64,000 nt of DNA from Bryobacterales bacterium (GTDB lineage Bacteria > Acidobacteriota > Terriglobia > Bryobacterales > Bryobacteraceae): positions 120 to 64,119 of the forward strand of contig CAWBTD010000002.1 of assembly GCA_963791675.1 (NCBI GenBank). Direction: 5' to 3'. This document shows positions 51,164 through 58,174 of this stretch, in pieces. The notes beneath the pieces are model-generated. The model did not search any database, had not been told where the DNA came from, and saw nothing but the letters and a program-made list of their open reading frames with translations. The position numbers were made by a program, and so were the translations under genes. Every line of letters starts with the position of its first letter. Position 1 is the stretch's first letter.

Positions 51164-51955
51164 ATGGCAATCAAGCAGACTGAGACTGAAACAAGAACTG
51201 CCCGACAATCATGTCAAAAAGGCTTCACCACACCCGAACAAAGAAATTCGGCAAATGATTTGGCCCTGGAGTACTTGCCGTTGGTAAAAGTGATTGCTTG
51301 GCAAGTGTATGCCAGCCTCCCTGCGCATGCTGCTGTGGAGATGAATGACATTATTCAAGCAGGTCATCTAGGGCTGATCAGTGCCACTCATTCTTATCGA
51401 GCGGATACCAAAGTTCCTTTTGCGAGCTACGCACGGTTTCGCATTCGCGGTGAAATTTTAGATAGCCTTCGTCGGTTGGATAATGCGTCCCGAAGTCTTC
51501 GCCGCTGGCAGCGCCGCTTCGAAGCGGAATCCCAATCTCTTTCTGCCACTCTTCAACGGGAGCCTACTGAAGAAGAGATCGGCAATAGCCTGGGAGTGGA
51601 GATGTCACAGCTTCGGAAAAAGCGCTTAGCTGTTTGGTATTCCTCTTCTTGCGCCATGCCAAACATTGATGAGCAAGTGTTACATTCCGTTTGCACTGTG
51701 GCGCGTGACGAAATGCCGGATGCCATTCAACAGAAGAACGAAATGGTGTCTCTGTTGTCCAAATCCCTGCAGAGCTTACCCGCTCGATCGCGGCAAATCA
51801 TTACCCATTACTACTTGGAGAATATGACCATGAAACAAATTGGCCAAGCTCTCCACATTAATGAAAGCCGTGTTTCCCAAATTCACAAATCGGCATTGCA
51901 GATTCTGGCTCGCAGCCTGCGCGATTCAGGAGTTCATTCTGCAACCATCAAATAA
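51164..51955 (+). CDS. second FliA/WhiG-family sigma factor (sigma-28 paralog)
   Basis: Region 2 is NDIIQAGHLGLISATHSYRAD..VPFASYARFRIRGEILDSLR, and region 4 is ITHYYLENMTMKQIGQALHINESRVSQIHK. Confidence 0.85.
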   Translation: MAIKQTETETRTARQSCQKGFTTPEQRNSANDLALEYLPLVKVIAWQVYASLPAHAAVEMNDIIQAGHLGLISATHSYRADTKVPFASYARFRIRGEILDSLRRLDNASRSLRRWQRRFEAESQSLSATLQREPTEEEIGNSLGVEMSQLRKKRLAVWYSSSCAMPNIDEQVLHSVCTVARDEMPDAIQQKNEMVSLLSKSLQSLPARSRQIITHYYLENMTMKQIGQALHINESRVSQIHKSALQILARSLRDSGVHSATIK

Positions 51956-51960
51956 TTTCT

Positions 51961-51988
51961 TAAAGAGTTTCTTTGGGAAACCGATACG
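51961..51988 (+). promoter_or_regulatory. candidate sigma-28 promoter upstream of flgM
   Basis: TAAA-N15-ACCGATAC (TAAAGAGTTTCTTTGGGAAACCGATAC) compared with TAAA-N15-GCCGATAA. It lies about 28 nt upstream of the flgM ATG. Confidence 0.6.
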
Positions 51989-52015
51989 ACTAACAGAGCT
52001 GACCGGTGTATTTAG

Positions 52016-52306
52016 ATGAAGATCGATAATTATGTCTCATCCGCCATTTCCAGCGGAAATCGTGCTGAAGAAATTGGCTCCGCAAACTCCGGGTTTGCTG
52101 CTTCCAAATCCGCCAAGAGTGGCAATGATGATCGCCTGGAACTTTCCGCCACTTCACGCGTACTGCAGTCTGCCTCTCAGGGGCGTGCTAGCCGCTTGGA
52201 GCAATTGTCTCAACTTGTTCGGAGCGGGCAATACTCTGTTCCTGCTCACCTGATCAGTCAAGCACTGGTGAAAGAAACTCTTGGAAACGGAACAACATCC
52301 TGGTGA
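52016..52306 (+). CDS. flgM: anti-sigma-28 factor FlgM
   Basis: 96 aa with the C-terminal block RLEQLSQLVRSGQYSVPAHLISQALV, typical of FlgM. Confidence 0.85.
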   Translation: MKIDNYVSSAISSGNRAEEIGSANSGFAASKSAKSGNDDRLELSATSRVLQSASQGRASRLEQLSQLVRSGQYSVPAHLISQALVKETLGNGTTSW

Positions 52307-52665
52307 GCAATCCTCTTGCGCTCGTAGAACAAACGAACAGAAGTCTTGATAGTGTGGCCGCTATGCTGGCCACCGCTGACCCTTTTCTGGTAGATAAATC
52401 GCAGTCTTTGTTGGAAGAAGCTGTTTTCCGCTTTCAGCAATTACAAACCATGCTGGAGGAAGGGGAACGCGCCTTTGTGGAACAGTTGCCTGATGCCTTA
52501 AGAAGCACTCAAAAAAAACTGAGGCACATTCAAAAACTGAGTGATTCCGCGACTTTTCTGATGGACGGATACCTTCGTTCCGCCGGACTTTCTCAGGAAA
52601 GTTATACGGCAGCAGGCCAGGTAAGCGACCCTGGCAGCACCGGCACGCTGATGGTAGAAGGTTGA
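52303..52665 (+). CDS. putative FlgN-like export chaperone
   Basis: 120 aa, helical, between flgM and flgK with start/stop overlap. The call rests on position only. Confidence 0.4.
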   Translation: MSNPLALVEQTNRSLDSVAAMLATADPFLVDKSQSLLEEAVFRFQQLQTMLEEGERAFVEQLPDALRSTQKKLRHIQKLSDSATFLMDGYLRSAGLSQESYTAAGQVSDPGSTGTLMVEG

Positions 52666-52678
52666 GAGAGAACTTGCC

Positions 52679-54112
52679 ATGGCGAATCTTATTAGTGCTC
52701 TTTCCGTTTCTGCTGGAGTACTAGATTCCTTTGGGCGAGCACTTGACGTCACACAAGCCAACGTAAGCAACTCTTCCACTACGGGCTATGCTACTCAGAT
52801 TGTAGATTTTGGATCTCTTTCCCAAGATGCCACATCCGGGCTCTCCAGTGGATTGAGCGTGAGCATTGTCAGCACGCGAGATTATTACGCGGAGGCCGCC
52901 ATTCGACGAGAAATTTCCTCACTTGGCACAGCGGAACAGTTAAAAGCCAACCTGAATGACCTGCAAAGCAATTTTGATATCACGGGAAATACCGGCATCT
53001 CCGGCAGCTTAAATCAACTCTTTACCAGTTTTTCCGCACTCTCTGTTACTCCCAATGATGCTGCCTCGCGACAAACCGTGATTCGAAACGCGCAATCAGT
53101 GGCTGCCAGCTTTAATCAGGTAGCAACACAATTATCCAACGCCTCAGCCAATGCGGAGAACCAGATTCGCTCCCAAGTTGACCAGATCAATACGTATGCT
53201 CAACAGATCCAGAGCTACAACAAAACGCGTCAACAAGAAGGGAACGCGGATGCTGGTTTGGATGCCAAGCTTACCGCTGCTTTAGAAAAGCTTTCCGAAA
53301 TTGCAAACATTTCCACGAGTACGGCAGCAGACGGTAGCACCAGCGTTCTGTTAGGCGGACAAATTCCGCTTGTGTTAGGTTCACACCAGTTTCCACTCCA
53401 CGCAGCGTACGCCACAACAGCTTCCCCCGTGACAAATCCTGGTGCCGCTCCTGCGATAGAAATTCAGGATGCCGCAGGCAAAGACATTACCACAAAAATA
53501 ACGCAAGGCAAACTAGCGGGATCGCTCCAGTTGCGGAATACAATTTTACCCAGCCTGCGAGGCGATACTTCCCAAACAGGTTCAGTAAATGCCTTAGCCT
53601 CATCTTTTGCAGATCGAGTCAACAGTCTACTCACCAGTGGCAACATCTCTGATGGACCGCCCGCCGTAAAAGGAATTCCGCTGTTTACATACGATTCCTC
53701 GAACGCCATAAATGCTGCTCAATCGCTTTCCGTAAATCCAAACATAGATGCTTCCAAAATTGCAGTGAGTGACCCCACGCCACCAGGCACCAGCAATGGC
53801 ATTGCCTTAAAACTGGCAGCCATGGCGCAAGGTACCAATGCGGCAGACCAGATCAACCAACTTAGCTTCACTGCGTTCTATGGACAAATTGCAGCTGGAG
53901 TAGGGCAGCAACTCTCCCAAGCCCAGGATCAGAACGATGTGCAAACTCAAGCTGTGGCACAGGCCAAAAGCTTGCGCGATCAAATTTCTGGTGTTTCCCT
54001 GGATACCGAAGCGGTGCGACTGCTTCAGTATCAGAAATCCTACCAAGCTACTTCCAAACTGGTCACAGTTCTGAATGACATTACACAAGCCACATTAGAT
54101 ATGGTGCGTTAG
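52679..54112 (+). CDS. flgK: flagellar hook-associated protein 1 FlgK
   Basis: N-terminal L.V...ANVSNSSTTGY and C-terminal SGVSLDTEAVRLLQYQKSYQATSKL. Confidence 0.92.
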   Translation: MANLISALSVSAGVLDSFGRALDVTQANVSNSSTTGYATQIVDFGSLSQDATSGLSSGLSVSIVSTRDYYAEAAIRREISSLGTAEQLKANLNDLQSNFDITGNTGISGSLNQLFTSFSALSVTPNDAASRQTVIRNAQSVAASFNQVATQLSNASANAENQIRSQVDQINTYAQQIQSYNKTRQQEGNADAGLDAKLTAALEKLSEIANISTSTAADGSTSVLLGGQIPLVLGSHQFPLHAAYATTASPVTNPGAAPAIEIQDAAGKDITTKITQGKLAGSLQLRNTILPSLRGDTSQTGSVNALASSFADRVNSLLTSGNISDGPPAVKGIPLFTYDSSNAINAAQSLSVNPNIDASKIAVSDPTPPGTSNGIALKLAAMAQGTNAADQINQLSFTAFYGQIAAGVGQQLSQAQDQNDVQTQAVAQAKSLRDQISGVSLDTEAVRLLQYQKSYQATSKLVTVLNDITQATLDMVR

Positions 54113-54115
54113 TTT

Positions 54116-55036
54116 ATGGTGATTAATTTAGATTCCGCATCCGAGCTTTTTCTTTCCAGCCTTTCTGTTATGCAAGCGCAAACTGCCCGAGCGCAGCAGC
54201 AGATTTCCAGCGGGTACAAAGTGCAATACGCTTCGGATTCACCTGACCAGATCAGCACTTTGCTGCAACGGGAAGCTGAGCTTGCCGCGAGTACGCAAAC
54301 GGCAACGAACCTGAGCAACGTAAAGGCAGAGGTGGATACAGGGGAGTCAACCGTGAGCAGCGGTTTGCAACTTCTGCAGAATGTAATCACCCTTGCCGCA
54401 CAAGGTGCAAACAGCACCTATTCTGCGCAAGACCGTTTGAACATAGCAGATCAGGTAGAAAGCCTGCAGCAGCAGCTTGTTGCTCTAACAAACACGACCG
54501 TACAGGGTCGCTACATCTTCAGTGGAAACGCTGACACGAACCCTACTTATCAACTGAATTTAAGCAGCATAACAGGAGTGGATCGATTGGCTACTGCTGC
54601 CGCTTCTCGACAGATTCAAGATTCCGCAGGTGCTTCGTTTCAGGTTTCTCTCACCGCGCAAGATATTTTTGACCATCGAAACGGAGACGATTCCGTTGCA
54701 GCAGATAATGTTTTCGTCGCCGTCAACAGTCTTCGTTTAGCATTAAAAGCCAACGACACTACGGCGATCAGTGCAGCCATTGATTCACTTCATGCCTCTT
54801 CCACATATCTCAATACGCAGCTTAGCTTCTATGGCACAGTGCAGGACAGAGTTCAAAATGCCATAGATGCTTCCAACAACAAAACCACCAGCTTAAAAGC
54901 AGAGATTTCTTCCATTCGAGACACGGATTATACCGAGGCTTCCCTGGCTCTTACAGCAGGAAATGCGGCACAGCAGGCTGCTATTGCGGCGAAAGCAAAA
55001 ATGCCGCACACCAGCCTGTTTGATCTCCTAGGGTAA
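54116..55036 (+). CDS. flgL: flagellar hook-associated protein 3 FlgL
   Basis: Flagellin-like N- and C-terminal helices (QQQISSGYKV...; SIRDTDYTEASLALT), located after flgK. Confidence 0.88.
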   Translation: MVINLDSASELFLSSLSVMQAQTARAQQQISSGYKVQYASDSPDQISTLLQREAELAASTQTATNLSNVKAEVDTGESTVSSGLQLLQNVITLAAQGANSTYSAQDRLNIADQVESLQQQLVALTNTTVQGRYIFSGNADTNPTYQLNLSSITGVDRLATAAASRQIQDSAGASFQVSLTAQDIFDHRNGDDSVAADNVFVAVNSLRLALKANDTTAISAAIDSLHASSTYLNTQLSFYGTVQDRVQNAIDASNNKTTSLKAEISSIRDTDYTEASLALTAGNAAQQAAIAAKAKMPHTSLFDLLG

Positions 55037-55054
55037 GTGCGAAAAGGAAAACAT

Positions 55055-56023
55055 ATGGCAGAACAGCTTTCACAACAGGATATGGATACGGTTTTTCAAT
55101 CGCTCCAGAAGCAAAAAAGCGTGGAGAACCGAGCAAAAAAGGCTGTGTTGTTCGATTTTCGTCGACCAGACCGGATTGCGAAATCCCAGCTTCGCGCGAT
55201 TCATCTCCTGCATGACAATTTCGTCCGCAATTTGGTTTCAAGCCTGTCTGCTTACCTTCGCTCTTACCTGATCGTGAATTTAGTCAGCGTAGAGCAGCTT
55301 TCCTATGCTGAGTTTCTGGAATGCTTGCCTTCGCCTACTTGCATTGCCTCCGTTGCCCTTCGCCCTTATGATGGCAATGCGGTTTTGGAGTTGAATTCTT
55401 CGCTCATTTTTCCCATTGTGGAAATGCTTTTGGGAGGAAACGGGAAAACTTCCGCTACCATTCATCGGGAACTAACGGAAATTGAGCAGAGTCTTTTAGA
55501 TGGACTGTTCCGCATTATCTTGAGAGATTTAAAGGAATCGTGGAAGGCTGTCACGGCCATTGATTTCGTAATCGAATCCATTGAAACAGAGCCGCAATTC
55601 CTGCAAGTGCTTGCTCCCAGCGAAGCCGTTGTCGCGATTGCCATTGAGATCCGCATCGGCGAAAGCATTGGCATGATGAATCTTGCCATTCCCTCCATTG
55701 TGATCAAGATGATGCGTCAGAAATTCAATCAGCAATGGTCGGTCCGGAAAACGGAATCGACGGACTCGGAGCAGGAACGCATTTTGGAACTGGTTCGCGG
55801 TTCCATGGTGGATGTGGATGTAAGGTTAAATGGACCAACACTTCGATTTGAAGACCTGATGAATCTCCAGGAAGGAGATGTATTAGGGTTTGATTACCCC
55901 GTGGAAAAGCCGCTGGAAATGCGAATCAACAAGGTCCTGAAGTTTCAGGGTCAAGTGGCTGCTTCCGGAAAAAAACTTGGCTTCGTGGTCCAGAATCGTG
56001 CCACAAGTCATGATGTGGCTTAA
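55055..56023 (+). CDS. fliM: flagellar motor switch protein FliM
   Basis: N-terminal LSQQDMD, LFDFRRPDRIAKSQLRAIHLLHDNF and a C-terminal SpoA-like domain. I chose the ATG at 55055 because it follows AAGGAAA. The track ORF starts at the GTG at 55037. Confidence 0.9.
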   Translation: MAEQLSQQDMDTVFQSLQKQKSVENRAKKAVLFDFRRPDRIAKSQLRAIHLLHDNFVRNLVSSLSAYLRSYLIVNLVSVEQLSYAEFLECLPSPTCIASVALRPYDGNAVLELNSSLIFPIVEMLLGGNGKTSATIHRELTEIEQSLLDGLFRIILRDLKESWKAVTAIDFVIESIETEPQFLQVLAPSEAVVAIAIEIRIGESIGMMNLAIPSIVIKMMRQKFNQQWSVRKTESTDSEQERILELVRGSMVDVDVRLNGPTLRFEDLMNLQEGDVLGFDYPVEKPLEMRINKVLKFQGQVAASGKKLGFVVQNRATSHDVA

Positions 56024-56046
56024 TGTACCAATTGGCTTAATGTTTG

Positions 56047-56334
56047 TTACCCAAATAGGCTTTGCTGCCCTTGGCCTAAATGGAGCAGTAACCCTCGCAC
56101 CGTGGCGCCATTTTGCGGTGTGGTTGCTGTGTGGTCTGCCCAGTGCTGCATCAAGTGTTCCGCAATTCCACTTAGCAGTTCCAATCGCTCTTTCTCAGCC
56201 GTATCTTGCGGAAACGCGACCAGATTTTCATTTACTGTTTGGAAACTCGCCTGTACTTCACTCAGGCAGCCTGCCTGAACTCCTGCCAGCATCCGCTTGG
56301 CTTGTTGCTCGGAAATTATTGGAAACATATTCAT
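56047..56334 (-). CDS. hypothetical protein (about 93-95 aa), antisense to the surrounding flagellar genes
   Basis: Hydrophilic, helical-looking ORF with GAAAGG upstream of the second ATG. It is the only plausible coding sequence in the 448-nt fliM-motA gap. Confidence 0.35.
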   Translation of the reverse strand: MNMFPIISEQQAKRMLAGVQAGCLSEVQASFQTVNENLVAFPQDTAEKERLELLSGIAEHLMQHWADHTATTPQNGATVRGLLLHLGQGQQSLFG

Positions 56335-56392
56335 TTACCTTTCAACATACGTTTCGGCTAAGTTTCTACTCATTTTAGTTTTTTAACTTGGC

Positions 56393-56420
56393 TAAAGAAT
56401 TTCTTTCTCCTGGACGATAC
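56393..56420 (+). promoter_or_regulatory. candidate sigma-28 promoter upstream of motA
   Basis: TAAA-N16-GACGATAC. The -35 flank TAAAGAATTTCTTT is nearly identical to that of the flgM promoter (TAAAGAGTTTCTTT). Confidence 0.5.
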
Positions 56421-56471
56421 TTTTCCGGAGCAGTGGGAACAAAGTAGTCAAACCGGCTCCTTATAGTTGAT

Positions 56472-57308
56472 ATGTCAGCAAACACTTCCAGAACTCCAAA
56501 AAAATCCACTCCGGATTTCGCTACCTTTGCTGGCCTGATTTTTGCTGTTCTTAGTCTTCTTGGCGGCCTTCTTTTGGAGGGAGGCAGAATAGGGGATGTT
56601 GCTCAATGGACAGCCGCTTTGATTGTGCTTGGCGGTACATTAGGGGCCGTCTTGGTCACCACTCCTCTTTCTGTTTTTTGGGATGCTGTCCGTAAACTTC
56701 CTTCTGTTTTTCTGGTTCCACCTCGGGAAGAAAGGGAAACAACAGAACTCCTGCTTGGCTTGGCTGCAAAGGCGCGCAAGGGAGGAATGGCTTCTCTGGA
56801 TGAGCATTCCCGCCATTTGTCAGACCGGTTTCTTCGAAAGTCTCTAGAAATAGTGGCCGATGGAGTCGGCGTTCCTGATATTCGGGAAATCATGGAACTT
56901 GAGATTGATCAGGAACAATTGCGGTGGGAAGCAGAGGTCAGAGTTTATGAGGCGGCTAGTGGATATGCCCCCACAGTAGGCATCATCGGAGCCGTCATGG
57001 GCCTGATTCAGGTAATGAAGCACCTGGACAATATGGAAGAAGTCGGGCGGGGCATTGCCGTTGCTTTTGTCGCCACGGTATACGGCGTTGCTCTTGCGAA
57101 TCTGTTCCTGTTACCGGCTGCAAACAAATTAAAAGCAGCGGCAACAAATACACTCCGGTTGCGCGAGTTGATGTTGGAAGGTGTAATTGGCATTGCGGAA
57201 GGAATTAATCCGCGCTTAATTCAGGTCAGGCTGGAAGCTTACCAGCCGCAAACAGCACTTTCTCGCAAAGCCCCTGTAGCGGCAAAAGAAACCAGAAATG
57301 CGGCGTAA
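56472..57308 (+). CDS. motA: flagellar stator protein MotA
   Basis: Four TM helices, with the C-terminal pore/plug region PTVGIIGAVMGLI...AFVATVYGVALANLFLLP. Confidence 0.9.
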   Translation: MSANTSRTPKKSTPDFATFAGLIFAVLSLLGGLLLEGGRIGDVAQWTAALIVLGGTLGAVLVTTPLSVFWDAVRKLPSVFLVPPREERETTELLLGLAAKARKGGMASLDEHSRHLSDRFLRKSLEIVADGVGVPDIREIMELEIDQEQLRWEAEVRVYEAASGYAPTVGIIGAVMGLIQVMKHLDNMEEVGRGIAVAFVATVYGVALANLFLLPAANKLKAAATNTLRLRELMLEGVIGIAEGINPRLIQVRLEAYQPQTALSRKAPVAAKETRNAA

Positions 57309-58020
57309 ACGCATAGCTGCCAGGTCTGTGAATCAAGAACGCTGGGTGCTTTCCTACGCTGATTTTGTCACTCTCCTGTTTGCTCTTTTTGTTGTAATGT
57401 TTGTTTCCGCAGAAACAAGTCACGACAAAGCACGCCAGATTTCTATGGCGGTGGATCAGGCTCTCCAGGGTAAACGGGCAAGCCATACCAAATCCAAATC
57501 AACAGAAACCAAAAAGCCGCCGGACTGGGTAAATGATCTGCTTCCCTCTTTTCACCTTCTCCAAAGGGAATTTGCCTCGGAGATACAAAGCAGCAAAATC
57601 AAAATCAGCCTGGAAAATCGCGGATTAGTGATTTCCATGAGGGAAGCTGCCTTCTTTCCTCCTGGCGATGATCAGATTAACTCGGAAACACTTCCAGCCT
57701 TTCAAAAGCTGGCAACCGTTCTTCAGGGTCTTCCGAATCCGGTCCGTATGGAAGGCCACACAGATTCTGTGCCAATTCACAACGGTCGTTACCGAAGCAA
57801 TTGGGAGCTTTCTACAGCACGTGCGCTGGCTGTGTTGAATTTGATGGAACAGTCATTTGCTATTTCTCGCCATCGTCTTTCAGCCGCGGGTTACGCAGAT
57901 ACTGCTCCCGCGGAATCGAATGAGAGCGATCTGGGGCGTTCCCGCAACCGCCGAGTAGACGTCGTGGTGCTCACCGGAAGCGGCGTTGCAGGGCAGCCTA
58001 CCGTGAAACTTGCTCAATAA
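57298..58020 (+). CDS. motB: flagellar stator protein MotB (OmpA-like C-terminal domain)
   Basis: N-terminal RWVLSYADFVTLLFALFVVMF with the conserved Asp, and the OmpA motifs GHTDS....NWELSTARA and RNRRVDV. Confidence 0.9.
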   Translation: MRRKRIAARSVNQERWVLSYADFVTLLFALFVVMFVSAETSHDKARQISMAVDQALQGKRASHTKSKSTETKKPPDWVNDLLPSFHLLQREFASEIQSSKIKISLENRGLVISMREAAFFPPGDDQINSETLPAFQKLATVLQGLPNPVRMEGHTDSVPIHNGRYRSNWELSTARALAVLNLMEQSFAISRHRLSAAGYADTAPAESNESDLGRSRNRRVDVVVLTGSGVAGQPTVKLAQ

Positions 58021-58174
58021 ACACGCAATTTTGTGTCTACTGACATTTTTGCAGCATCCCCCTTATAAGCAGAACGGGCTAGCTATGATGATGGGGAAAT
58101 GGCAAGCGGAGTAGCACTTTACTTATGACCATCCAGGACGGCCTAAGTACAGGAAAGCTTGTGAACGGATAACG

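Noticed and set aside
55977-56378. 133-aa plus-strand ORF starting inside the end of fliM
   Set aside because: It overlaps the fliM C-terminus out of frame, its composition looks non-protein-like, and it has no SD sequence. The minus-strand ORF in the same gap is the better (still weak) candidate.
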